NCBI GenBank assembly: GCA_041389495.1
Contig: JAWKRT010000002.1
Coordinates: forward strand, 1,067,758 to 1,131,757
DNA length: 64,000 nucleotides
Direction: 5' to 3'
Source: Myxococcota bacterium
Lineage (GTDB): Bacteria; Myxococcota_A; UBA9160; UBA4427
Shown: piece by piece, positions 1-8,895 of the stretch
Layout: each line of letters starts with the position of its first letter
Position numbering within the stretch: position 1 is the stretch's first letter
Position numbers and translations under genes: made by a program
Notes under the pieces: model-generated
The model's input: only the letters and a program-made list of their open reading frames with translations
Told to the model about the DNA's origin: nothing
The model's database searches: none

Positions 1-1
1 G

Positions 2-1999
2 GTCGCGATCGCCGTCGACCGCGCGCGCGCCGGTCTCGAGCGGCTGCGCACCGACATCCCCGACACCGCATCGCTCGTCGCGACGGAGCGCGGCCAGGGC
101 GTGCTCGCGCGGCTCGCCGGCCTTCTCGCGGTGGCGGGCGGCGCGCTCGTCGCGCGGCGTCGCGCGCCGCACGTCTCGGTCGCGCTCGTGAAGGCGCTCG
201 CGCGCGTTCCCGAGCTGCGCGCGCACGTCGGCCTGCTCGTCCGCATCGCCGGGCTCGTGCAGCAGGTGCTCCCGGTCGCGATCGCGATCGCCGCGCTCGC
301 CGCCGCGATCGCGATCCTCGGCAGCGATCTCTGGCTCGCGCGGCTGCTCGGCGCCGTCGGCTGGCCGGTGCTCGTCTACGTGCTCGGCCGGCAGGTGCTG
401 CTCGGGCTCACGCAGCGCGTGACGCGCGGGCGCCCCGCGCTCGTCGAGCTGCGCGCCGCCGATCGCGAGCGGCTCGTGCGCACGTACGCGTCGCTCGGAC
501 TGTTCGTGGCGGGCGCGCTGCTGCTCGACCGCATGGTGCGGATGCTCGTCGGTGGCGGGCGGCTCGTCGGGCTCGTCGACGGGGCCGTGCTCGCGTGGGT
601 CGCGGCGTGGGCGGTCTTCGAGATGTTCCGGTGGCGGGCGCCGCTCGCCGAGCGCTGGGGCGCGCTGGCGGCCGGCACGACGTTCGAGCTGCGCGTCGCG
701 GAGTCCATGGCGGGGTCGCCGCTCGGCGCCGTGCTCTCGCCGGTCGCGCTCGTGCGCGTCGTCGCGACGCCGGCCTGGCGCGCGCTCGCCGCGTTCGCGA
801 CCGAGACCGACCTCGCGCAGGCGCTGCGCGCGCGCCTGCTGCGGCGCCGCTCGCGGCACGCGCAGGCGGAGGCCGGCGAGACGAAGCCGGCCGCGATTCC
901 CGACGAGTACCTGGCCGCCTTCCCGCTGCACCCGATCCTCGGCGAGGAGGAGCAGGTGCTCGTCCCGCGCGAGGAGCTCGTGCGCGAGGTGCTCGACCAG
1001 ATCGCGCGGTGGAGGGAGACGCAGGTCGACGGCTCGCTCGCGATCGTGGGCGAGAAGGGGCTCGGGAAGACGACGCTCGCCGCGATGATCGCGCGCCGCG
1101 CGAACGGCGTGGAGGTGGTCGCGCACACGCTGCGCGGCAAGCCGACGACGGAGCGCGATCTCCTGCGCGAGCTCGCGCCGGCCTTCGAGGGCGCGCACGC
1201 GCCGGAGTCGGTCGCGAAGCTCGCCGAGGCGCTGTGCGCGGGGCCCGAGCGCATCGTGCTGCTCGACGAGGCGCACAACGTCTTCCTCCGCATGGTCGAC
1301 GGCTACGAGGCGTACGACGCGCTCGTCGAGCTCGTCAACTCGACGAGCGAGCGCGTGTTCTGGGTGCCCGTGTTCAACAGCTTCACGTGGCGCTTCCTCA
1401 ACGAGAGCCGCGGACGCGTGCACTACTTCCGCCGCATCCTCGACCTGCCGCGCTGGACGGCGGACGAGATCCAGGAGCTCGTGCGGCTGCGCAACGAGAA
1501 GGCGGGCTTCGCGCTCGAGTTCGACGAGGTGCTGCTCTCGGAGGAGGACGCGGTGCGCGAGCGCGCCCTCGCGCACGGCGCGCGCGATGGCTTCGAGCTC
1601 GTCGAGAGTGCGGACGGCTACTTCCGCCTGCTCTGGGAGTCGAGCGGCGGCAACCCGCGCATCGCGACGCAGCTGTGGCTCGCGTCGCTCTCGCCCGCCG
1701 CCGAGCGGAGGCTGCGCGTGGGGCTCTTCCGCGAGCCCGAGTCGAAGGCGTTCGAGGCGCTCAACGACGAGCTGTGGTTCGCGCTCGCCGCGGTCTGCCA
1801 GCACGAGAACCTGTCGGCCGACGAGCTCGCGCGCGCGATCAACGCGACGCCCGGCTTCGCGCGCTTCGCGGTGCAGTTCCTCGCCGAGGCGGGCTTCGTC
1901 ACCGCGAAGGACGAGCGGTGGGAGCGCGTGACGCTCTCCGCCGCCTACTACCGGCAGGTGCTGCGCGGGCTGCGCTCGAAGCACCTGCTGTACGACTGA
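2..1999 (+). CDS. Membrane-anchored AAA+/P-loop ATPase, 5'-truncated by the window
   Basis: Frame is open from base 2 (VAIAVDRARAG...) into the 101..1999 ORF. Several hydrophobic TM segments, then Walker A GEKGLGKTT, Walker B IVLLDEAH, an SGGNPR motif and a short helical C-terminal domain. Confidence 0.85.
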   Translation, partial: VAIAVDRARAGLERLRTDIPDTASLVATERGQGVLARLAGLLAVAGGALVARRRAPHVSVALVKALARVPELRAHVGLLVRIAGLVQQVLPVAIAIAALAAAIAILGSDLWLARLLGAVGWPVLVYVLGRQVLLGLTQRVTRGRPALVELRAADRERLVRTYASLGLFVAGALLLDRMVRMLVGGGRLVGLVDGAVLAWVAAWAVFEMFRWRAPLAERWGALAAGTTFELRVAESMAGSPLGAVLSPVALVRVVATPAWRALAAFATETDLAQALRARLLRRRSRHAQAEAGETKPAAIPDEYLAAFPLHPILGEEEQVLVPREELVREVLDQIARWRETQVDGSLAIVGEKGLGKTTLAAMIARRANGVEVVAHTLRGKPTTERDLLRELAPAFEGAHAPESVAKLAEALCAGPERIVLLDEAHNVFLRMVDGYEAYDALVELVNSTSERVFWVPVFNSFTWRFLNESRGRVHYFRRILDLPRWTADEIQELVRLRNEKAGFALEFDEVLLSEEDAVRERALAHGARDGFELVESADGYFRLLWESSGGNPRIATQLWLASLSPAAERRLRVGLFREPESKAFEALNDELWFALAAVCQHENLSADELARAINATPGFARFAVQFLAEAGFVTAKDERWERVTLSAAYYRQVLRGLRSKHLLYD

Positions 2000-2033
2000 G
2001 GCGCGCGCGCGGCGCGCGACGCGAGGAGGACGC

Positions 2034-2957
2034 ATGGCGAACGAGACGAGCGCACCGGCGGCGGCCGCAGCGCCGCAGGCCGCGGCCGCGCCGGCGGCGC
2101 AGACCGGGATTCCCGGCGTCCCGGCCCTCCCGGGCGTCGAGCAGATCGCGGCCGCCGCGTCGCCGGAGGGCGAGGGCGCGCTCGCCTTCTTCGACCCGAC
2201 CGCGGTGCCCTTCGCGCTGCTCGTCGTCGTCGGCACCGCCGTCTGTGTGCGTCTGCTCCAGCGCGCGGCGAACCGGCTCGCGGAGCGCGCGGTGCGCCAG
2301 CGCCTGCTCATCAAGCAGGCCGTCACGCTCGTCGGCTTCCTCGTGTACGGCGTCGCGGGCGTGGTCGCCGTGTCGAGCCTGTTCGAGCTCTCCGCGCAGG
2401 CGATCTTCGCGCTGTCGGGGACGCTCGCCGTCGCGGGCGGCTTCCTGCTGAAGGACGTCGCCGAGGCGACCGTCGCGGGCGTCTCGATCCTCGTGAGCCG
2501 CCCGTTCCAGGTCGGCGACCGCATCTCGTTCGGCGGCTACTACGGCGAGGTGCGCGACATCGGCCTGCGCTCGGTGCGGCTCGTGACGCTCGACGACAAC
2601 CTCGTCTCGATCCCGTCGAGCCGCTTCCTGAGCGAGCCCGTCGCGAGCGCGAACGCGGGCGCGCTCGACTGCATGGTGGTGATCCCGTTCTACGTGGCGC
2701 CGACCGCCGACCACGAGCTCGCGCGCCGCATCGTGCGCGAGGCAGTGCTGAGCTCGCGCTACCTCTACCTCGGCAAGCCCGCGACCGTGCTGCTGTCGAT
2801 GCAGCTCGCGAACGAGGTCGGCGCGGTGATCGTCGTGACGGCGAAGGCGTACGTGTTCGATGCGCGTCACGAGAAGAACTTCTCGAGCGACGTCACCGAC
2901 CGCGTGCTGCGCGCGTTCCGCCGCCACGGCGTCGAGCTGCCCGCGCGCGCGGCCTGA
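2034..2957 (+). CDS. MscS-family small-conductance mechanosensitive channel
   Basis: RBS gaggagg before ATG. TM helices followed by the MscS signature RPFQVGDRISFGGYYGEVRDIGLRSVRLVTLDDNLVSIPSS. Confidence 0.9.
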   Translation: MANETSAPAAAAAPQAAAAPAAQTGIPGVPALPGVEQIAAAASPEGEGALAFFDPTAVPFALLVVVGTAVCVRLLQRAANRLAERAVRQRLLIKQAVTLVGFLVYGVAGVVAVSSLFELSAQAIFALSGTLAVAGGFLLKDVAEATVAGVSILVSRPFQVGDRISFGGYYGEVRDIGLRSVRLVTLDDNLVSIPSSRFLSEPVASANAGALDCMVVIPFYVAPTADHELARRIVREAVLSSRYLYLGKPATVLLSMQLANEVGAVIVVTAKAYVFDARHEKNFSSDVTDRVLRAFRRHGVELPARAA

Positions 2958-3017
2958 GGCGCCGGGCCGATCCACACCCCGCGCGCCGCGCGCGCGCATC
3001 GCGAGGAGAGGGAACGC

Positions 3018-3572
3018 ATGATCGATCCGAGCCTGCTCGGTCCGCTGGCCGCGCTCGCGGGCACCTGGGAGGGCGACGAGGGAGAGGACGTCGCCTACGA
3101 CCACGACAGCGGCGCGAGCGCGACGAGCCGCTTCCGCGAGCGCATGACGTTCGAGCCGTTCGGGCCGGTCGACAACGGCCGCCAGCTGCTCTTCGGGCTC
3201 GACTACCGCACCGTCGCGACGCGGCTCGGAGAGGCGGACCCGTTCCACATGGAGGTCGGCTACTGGCTGTGGGACGCGGCCGCGGGCAGCGTCATGCGCT
3301 GCTTCATGGTGCCGCGCGGCGCGACCGTGCTCGCCGGCGGGCCGGCCGCCGCCGACGCGCGCGCGTTCCGCATGCGCGCCGAACGCGGCAGCACGACCTT
3401 CGGCATCCTGGCGAACCCGTACCTCGACGAGCGCGCGCGCGTGCTGCGCTACGAGCTCGAGGTTGCGGTCGAGGGCGGCGCGCTCGCGTACCGCGAGGAC
3501 ACGGTGCTCGCGCTCGCCGAGATGCCCGGCGAGTACCACCACACCGATCGCAACCGGCTGCGCCGCGCCTAG
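3018..3572 (+). CDS. Heme-binding beta-barrel protein (nitrobindin/DUF1794-like)
   Basis: LGPLAALAGTWEG N-terminus, FHMEVGYWLWD and C-terminal HHTDRNRL are typical of the nitrobindin/FABP-like family. Confidence 0.8.
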   Translation: MIDPSLLGPLAALAGTWEGDEGEDVAYDHDSGASATSRFRERMTFEPFGPVDNGRQLLFGLDYRTVATRLGEADPFHMEVGYWLWDAAAGSVMRCFMVPRGATVLAGGPAAADARAFRMRAERGSTTFGILANPYLDERARVLRYELEVAVEGGALAYREDTVLALAEMPGEYHHTDRNRLRRA

Positions 3573-3574
3573 CG

Positions 3575-4081
3575 TCAGCGCGCGCGCGACTCGACGCGGA
3601 AGAGCCAGACGCCTCCGTCCGTCGGCGGGAGGTTCTCGTACTTCTCGTGGGCGACGAGCTCGAGGCGCCGCCGCGTCGGGCGGAAGTCCTCGCGCACGAG
3701 CGTCACGGGATAGCGGCGGCCGTCGATGCGCAGCACGGCGCGGCCGTCGGCCGCCGCGCGCTCGTGCCAGCGCTTGAACGGCGGGAACGAGAGGCTGCAC
3801 GGGATCCACGCCTGTCCGCCGTCGACGAGGATCCACGTCGTGCGCGAGCTGCGCTCGCCCTCGAGCGCGAGCTCGACCTCCGCAACGTCCTTCGCGAACG
3901 ACCAGTCGGCGACGGGCGCGTCGACCCACTCGCCGGAGCGGAGCGCGCCGCCGGGCAGGAAGCCGACCGGGCCGTCGGAGAGCCGCGCGCCGAGCACGAC
4001 GAGGACCGCGAGCGCGATCGCGCCGAGCCCGACGAGCACGGCGCGGCGCGCCTTCGCTGCGGCAGTCGTCGCGTTCGTCAC
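3575..4081 (-). CDS. Membrane-anchored split-barrel protein (nitroreductase/deazaflavin-dependent oxidoreductase-like)
   Basis: RBS ggaggg before GTG. N-terminal TM helix, then RSSRTTWILVDGG...W...A...LRIDGRRYPV...WLFRV, resembling the FMN/F420 split-barrel family. Confidence 0.55.
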   Translation of the reverse strand: MTNATTAAAKARRAVLVGLGAIALAVLVVLGARLSDGPVGFLPGGALRSGEWVDAPVADWSFAKDVAEVELALEGERSSRTTWILVDGGQAWIPCSLSFPPFKRWHERAAADGRAVLRIDGRRYPVTLVREDFRPTRRRLELVAHEKYENLPPTDGGVWLFRVESRAR

Positions 4082-4248
4082 GGGTGTCCCTCCGTCGCGG
4101 CGCGGGCGTTAGGCGCGCGGCGCGCCAGCATGTCGGGCGCGCTCGCGGGCGTCAACCCGCGCGCAGCGCGGGCCGGCGCGGTGCTAGCGTGCGCGTCCGC
4201 GAACGCGGCGTGTGCGAACGCGGCGTCCACGCGAGGGGAGGCCGGGCC

Positions 4249-5016
4249 ATGGCGCGCGATCGCTTCGATCTGACGGGGAAGGTGGCGCTCGTGACCGGCG
4301 GGAGCCGCGGGCTCGGCCGCGCGATGGTGCGCGCCTTCGCCGAGCGCGGCGCCGACGTCGTCGTCGCGAGTCGCAAGCTCGACGCGTGCGAGGCGCTCGC
4401 CGAGCTCGTGCGCGACGAGACGGGCCGCGAGGCGCTCGCCGTCGCGTGCCACGTCGGGCGCTGGAGCGACTGCGACGCGCTCGTCGAGCGCGCCTACGAG
4501 CGCTTCGGGCGCGTCGACGTGCTCGTCAACAACGCCGGCATGTCGCCGCTCTATCCGTCGCTCACGGCGATCACCGAGGACCTCTACGACAAGGTGATGA
4601 ACGTGAACCTGCGCGGGCCGTTCCGGCTCTCGACGCTCGTCGGCGAGCGCATGGCGGCCGGCGGCGGCGGCTCGATCGTGAACGTGTCGAGCGGCGCGGC
4701 CGTGATGCCGACGGCCGGCGAGGTTCCCTACGCGGCCGCGAAGGCCGGTCTCAACAACCTGACGGTCGCCCTCGCGCGCGCCTACGCGCCGAAGGTCCGC
4801 GTCAACTGCATCATGCCCGGGCCGTTCCTGACGGACATCTCGAACGCGTGGACGCCGGAGATGATCGCGGGCCTCGGCAGCCTCATCCCGCTCGGGCGCG
4901 GCGGCGAGGCCGACGAGATCGTCGGCGCCGCGCTCTACTTCGCGAGCGACGCCTCGAGCTTCACGACGGGAGCCGTGCTCAAGATCGACGGCGGCCTCGC
5001 GTTCGCGCCGGCCTGA
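4249..5016 (+). CDS. SDR-family oxidoreductase
   Basis: Start reassigned to ATG 4249 (RBS gaggggag). TGGSRGLG, NNAG, YAAAK catalytic motif, DGG C-terminus. Confidence 0.93.
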   Translation: MARDRFDLTGKVALVTGGSRGLGRAMVRAFAERGADVVVASRKLDACEALAELVRDETGREALAVACHVGRWSDCDALVERAYERFGRVDVLVNNAGMSPLYPSLTAITEDLYDKVMNVNLRGPFRLSTLVGERMAAGGGGSIVNVSSGAAVMPTAGEVPYAAAKAGLNNLTVALARAYAPKVRVNCIMPGPFLTDISNAWTPEMIAGLGSLIPLGRGGEADEIVGAALYFASDASSFTTGAVLKIDGGLAFAPA

Positions 5017-5032
5017 GCGCGCTCCGCCCCGA

Positions 5033-6361
5033 CTAGCGTCCGATGCGGGCGAGCCAGGCCTCGCGGCGGCCGTCGGGCGCGACCGCATCGCCCGCGATCG
5101 CGCGGCCGTCGTCGGAGATCGCCGTCGCGCGCAGCAGGTGGAGCCCGCCGAGGTCGACCCCGTGCTCGCGCTCGAGCCACGCGGCGACGTCGACGGCGCG
5201 CTCCCGCGCGCTGCCGACGTCGAGCCAGACGACCGCCGCGGTGGAGCGCGCCACGCCGGCGCTCGCGCGTGCCTCCGCGCCGCTCTCGTCCGCGCCGCTC
5301 TCCTCCGCGTCGCTCTCTTCCGCGCCGGCGCTCGCGCGCGCGGCGCGCTCGCCGACGGCGATGCGGCCGTCGCCCGACACCGCGCGTGCGCGCGACGCGT
5401 CGCCCTCCGCCCCCGCGAGGCGCGCGAGCGCGCGCAGGCCGCGCTCGCGCGTCCATGCGAAGGCGCGTTCTCCGCGCGCGTCGGTCGCGACGCCGACGAT
5501 CGTGCGCCCGTCGGCCGAGATCGCGAGCGCGCCGCTCGCGAACGCGCCGCCGGGCAGGTCGCCGAGGCCCTCCATGCCGCTCTCCGCGGTGAAGCGGAAG
5601 GCCTCGGGGCCGCGCGCCGACGCGCTCTGGCCGACGACGATCGCGCCGTCCGCCGAGACCGCGCGCGCCTCGCCGCCGGGGAGCCCGCCCGGGAGCTCGC
5701 CGAGATCCTGCATGCCGCCGTCGCGCGTCCAGCGCCACGGTCGCGACCACGCGCGCGCGCCGCGCAGCGTCTGACCGGCGCCGACCACGACGCTTCCGTC
5801 GGCCGACACGTCGCGCGCGCCGTTCGCGAACAGGCCGGACGCGAGATCGCCGAGCCCGTCCATGCCGTCCTCGCGCGTCCAGCGGAAGGCCTCGGTGCCG
5901 GCGCCCGACTGCCCGGTTCCCACGACGACGTCGCCGCGCGCGGACACGGCCGCGGCGCGGCTGCGGAGCGCGCCGCCGCGGAGGTCGCCGAGCGCCTCGA
6001 GCCCGCGCTCGCGCGCGAAGCGGAACGCCGCGGTGCGTCCTTCGTCGTCGACGACGGACGCGCCGACGACGACGTCGCCGTCCGCCGAGAGGCCCGTCGC
6101 CTCGCTCGCGAACGCGCCGCCGGGCAGGTCGCCGAGCGTCGCGAACGCAGCCGTCGGCGCGCGAGCGTCGCGCGCGGCCGCGGGCTCGCCCGCCGGCGCG
6201 CGTGCGCCGGCGGCGGCCGCGGGCTCGGCGGCCGTCGCGTTCGCGCCGAGCGCGAGCCCGGCCGCGCCGAGCGCCAGGGCGGCCGCGATGCCGCTGGCGC
6301 GCGCGGCGCCGCGGGCGCGCCGCGCGCGGCGCGTGCGCGCGCGCGAGCGCGCGCGGGCCGC
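5033..6361 (-). CDS. Secreted HAF-repeat (LGDLPGG...SADG..VVG) beta-propeller protein; no in-frame canonical start codon
   Basis: Frame is open from 6361 to the stop at 5033 with ~7 repeats such as LGDLPGGAFASEATGLSADGDVVVG. Signal-like R-rich/hydrophobic N-terminus (ASGIAAALALGAAGLALGANATA). No ATG/GTG/TTG between 6361 and 5948, so the ORF-track start at 5947 is internal. Confidence 0.75.
   Translation of the reverse strand, partial: AARARSRARTRRARRARGAARASGIAAALALGAAGLALGANATAAEPAAAAGARAPAGEPAAARDARAPTAAFATLGDLPGGAFASEATGLSADGDVVVGASVVDDEGRTAAFRFARERGLEALGDLRGGALRSRAAAVSARGDVVVGTGQSGAGTEAFRWTREDGMDGLGDLASGLFANGARDVSADGSVVVGAGQTLRGARAWSRPWRWTRDGGMQDLGELPGGLPGGEARAVSADGAIVVGQSASARGPEAFRFTAESGMEGLGDLPGGAFASGALAISADGRTIVGVATDARGERAFAWTRERGLRALARLAGAEGDASRARAVSGDGRIAVGERAARASAGAEESDAEESGADESGAEARASAGVARSTAAVVWLDVGSARERAVDVAAWLEREHGVDLGGLHLLRATAISDDGRAIAGDAVAPDGRREAWLARIGR
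5281..5325. repeat. 3 x 15-bp tandem repeat inside the HAF gene (encodes AEES/ADES units)
   Basis: cgctctcgtccgcgc / cgctctcctccgcgt / cgctctcttccgcgc read directly. Confidence 0.85.
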
Positions 6362-7033
6362 CTAACGAGCACGGCCGCGCTCTTCGACCTCGCGGAAGTC
6401 GACGCGGATGAAGAGCGCGTTCGCCTCGGCGGTGAGGGTGTCGCCCGCGTGGCACGTGGCGCGCGCGCGCACGTGGCGCGCGCCGTCGTCGACGATCCAG
6501 GCGCGCAGCACGAGGTCGGTCTCGACCGGCGTGATGTTGCGGTAGACGACGTCGAGCTTCGCGGTGACGCCGATCGGGGGCGCGAGCATCTGCGCGCCGC
6601 CGAGGAGATCGTCGAAGAGCCCGGCGACGACGCCGCCGTGCACGCCGTGCGGCGGGCCTTCGTAGCGGCGCGCGACGCGCACGCGGCCGACGAGCTGCGC
6701 GCCGTCCTCCGACAGCGCGACGCGCATCGGGGGTGCGAGCGGATTGAGGCGCCCTCGGAAGGGGCTCATCTGCTCGTAGTGGAGCTTCGCGCCCGCGCGC
6801 TCGGGCGCCTCGGCGTCGACGTCGTACCAGCGCTCGCGCACGGGCCCGTCGAGCAGGCTCGCGAGCTCGCTCGCGAGCGCGTGGGCGCGCGCGAGCGTCG
6901 CGTCGTCGACGGCGCGGCTCGTCGCGCGCTCGAGCACCTCGCGGAGCGCGTCGGCGAGCGCGCGCTCGCGCGCGTCGGCGTCGTCGGCTTCGGGCGAGGG
7001 GAGCGGCGCGCGCTCGTCGGGCCGCGGGCTCAC
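6362..7033 (-). CDS. PaaI/hotdog-fold thioesterase
   Basis: Start reassigned to GTG 7033 (RBS gaggag). YEGPPHGVHGGVVAGLFDDLLG hotdog motif. Confidence 0.88.
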   Translation of the reverse strand: MSPRPDERAPLPSPEADDADARERALADALREVLERATSRAVDDATLARAHALASELASLLDGPVRERWYDVDAEAPERAGAKLHYEQMSPFRGRLNPLAPPMRVALSEDGAQLVGRVRVARRYEGPPHGVHGGVVAGLFDDLLGGAQMLAPPIGVTAKLDVVYRNITPVETDLVLRAWIVDDGARHVRARATCHAGDTLTAEANALFIRVDFREVEERGRAR

Positions 7034-7274
7034 GTGCGCTGCACTCCTCGGGGCTCCTCGCTCGGTCGCGCCGTCGCGTGCGGATGCGTCGGGCCGCGCG
7101 TGCGAGCGCGGGTGGCTCGCGTGCGCGCTCCCTCGCGGGCTCGTTCGCGCTCGGCGGCGCGCCGCTCGCGCGGGAGGTCGCATGGTACGATGCGCGCTCG
7201 CGGGTTTCGTGCGCGCCGAGCGCGCCGAGCGCGTCGCGGCGAGCGCGCCGCGCACCTGCCGGCGGAGGCGACCG

Positions 7275-8813
7275 ATGACCGACGACTCCTCGCCGCGTTC
7301 CCCTTCCGAGCCGACTCCCGCGCCGCCCCCGACGGCCGGCCGGCGCGTTCCGGGCGCACTCGTCGCGCTCGCGTGGGCCGCGTGCGTGGCGGCCGCCTGG
7401 GCGGGCCCGGGCGAGTACTGGGCCGCGCGCTTCGAGGGCATCGACCCGGCGCGCATTCCGTACGGAGGCATCTTCGGGTTCGCGGGCGCGCTGCTCGTCG
7501 CGCTCGCCATCACGCCGCTGTGGGTTCGCGATCGGGTCGCGGCGGACGGTGCGCCGGCCTCGCCGCGCCGGCGCCTCTTCGTCTTCGCGGGCGGCGTCGC
7601 GGCGGGCCTCGTCGCCTCGGCGCTCGGCGCGTTCGCGCGCGTCTTCGGCTGGTGGACGGTGAGCCGGCCCGTGACCGAGGGCGTGCCCGTGCGGCGCACC
7701 GCGAAGGAGCGCCTGCCCGAGTGGCGCGACGCGCACATCGCCGCCCATCGACCGCTCGGCCGCACGGGCTTCGCCGTCTCCGACATCGCGCTCGGCTCGG
7801 GCGCGCTCGCGTACTCGCCCGTCGGCGCCGCGATCGCCCGCGCGGCGATCGAGCGCGGCGTCAACTACTTCGACACGGCGCCCGACTACGCGGCGACCGG
7901 GACGGAGACGCTGCTCGGCCAGGCGATCGCCGGCCGCCGCGACCGCATGTTCCTCGCGACCAAGTTCTGCACGGGGCAGGGCCACCTGCCGGCGGGCTCG
8001 AGCGTCGCCGACTACGTGCGCGTCGTGGAGGAGAGCCTCGGCCGGCTGCGCACCGACTACGTCGACCTCGTGCACGTGCACGCCTGCGACAGCATCGAGC
8101 GCCTCATGGACCCGAACGCGCACGAGGCGTTCGACCGGCTGCGCGAGCAGGGCAAGGCGCGCTTCCTCGGCTTCTCGAGCCACACGCCGAACCTCGTGGC
8201 CGTCGCGAACCGCGCGATCGAGAGCGGCCGCTTCGCCGTCATGATGCTCGCCTATCACTTCGGCGGCTGGAGCGAGCTCGGCTCGGTGATCGACCGCGCG
8301 CACGCGGCGGGCATGGGCGTCGTCGCGATGAAGACGCTCAAGGGCGCGAAGCACCGCGGGATGGAGGAGTTCGTCGGTCGCCGCGGCGCGTACTCGCAGG
8401 CGGCCTTCCGGTGGGTGCTCTCGAACCCGAGCGTGAGCTGCCTCGTCGCCTCCTTCTACGACCCGCAGCACGTCGACGAATACATCCACGCGTCGGGCAA
8501 GCCGCTGCGCGACGACGACGTCGCCCTGCTCGAGGAGTACGACCGCGCGATCGCGGGGACGCACTGCCTCGCGCACTGCGGCGCGTGCCTCGACCGCTGC
8601 CCGGAGGGCCTGCGCATCGACGACGTGCTGCGCCACCGCATGTACTTCGAGGACTACGGCACGCAGAAGCGCGCGATGCAGGACTACGCGCGCCTCGAGA
8701 AGCGGGCCGACGTGTGCATCGGCTGCAGCGCGCCGTGCGCGGGCGCGTGCCCGTTCGGCATCGCCATCCAGGAGCGCGCGATCGAGGCGCACCGGCTGCT
8801 GACGCTCGCGTAG
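7275..8813 (+). CDS. Aldo/keto reductase with C-terminal ferredoxin-type Fe-S motifs and N-terminal TM segments
   Basis: ATG 7275 with RBS ggagg. AKR motifs GVNYFDTAPDY, LATK, SLGRLRTDYVDLVHVH. Cys motifs CLAHCGACLDRCP and CIGCSAPCAGACP. Three hydrophobic segments within the first ~125 aa. Confidence 0.9.
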   Translation: MTDDSSPRSPSEPTPAPPPTAGRRVPGALVALAWAACVAAAWAGPGEYWAARFEGIDPARIPYGGIFGFAGALLVALAITPLWVRDRVAADGAPASPRRRLFVFAGGVAAGLVASALGAFARVFGWWTVSRPVTEGVPVRRTAKERLPEWRDAHIAAHRPLGRTGFAVSDIALGSGALAYSPVGAAIARAAIERGVNYFDTAPDYAATGTETLLGQAIAGRRDRMFLATKFCTGQGHLPAGSSVADYVRVVEESLGRLRTDYVDLVHVHACDSIERLMDPNAHEAFDRLREQGKARFLGFSSHTPNLVAVANRAIESGRFAVMMLAYHFGGWSELGSVIDRAHAAGMGVVAMKTLKGAKHRGMEEFVGRRGAYSQAAFRWVLSNPSVSCLVASFYDPQHVDEYIHASGKPLRDDDVALLEEYDRAIAGTHCLAHCGACLDRCPEGLRIDDVLRHRMYFEDYGTQKRAMQDYARLEKRADVCIGCSAPCAGACPFGIAIQERAIEAHRLLTLA

Positions 8814-8895
8814 AGCAGCCCGGGGCGCGATCGCAGCGCGGGCGTGGCGTCCGCGCGCGCTTGCCGCGCGCGCGCGCCGGCGCGATCGTTCGCGC

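Noticed and set aside
5033-6150. Regularly spaced DNA repeats (gccgggcaggtcgccgag...) that could mimic a CRISPR array
   Set aside because: They are degenerate, in-frame protein repeats (LGDLPGG) with coding spacers, and there are no cas genes.
6362-6364. Pyrrolysine or amber read-through fusing the thioesterase to the HAF protein
   Set aside because: No pyl genes or tRNA in the window, TAG is the commonest true stop here, and a fusion would bury the signal peptide. An indel is more parsimonious.
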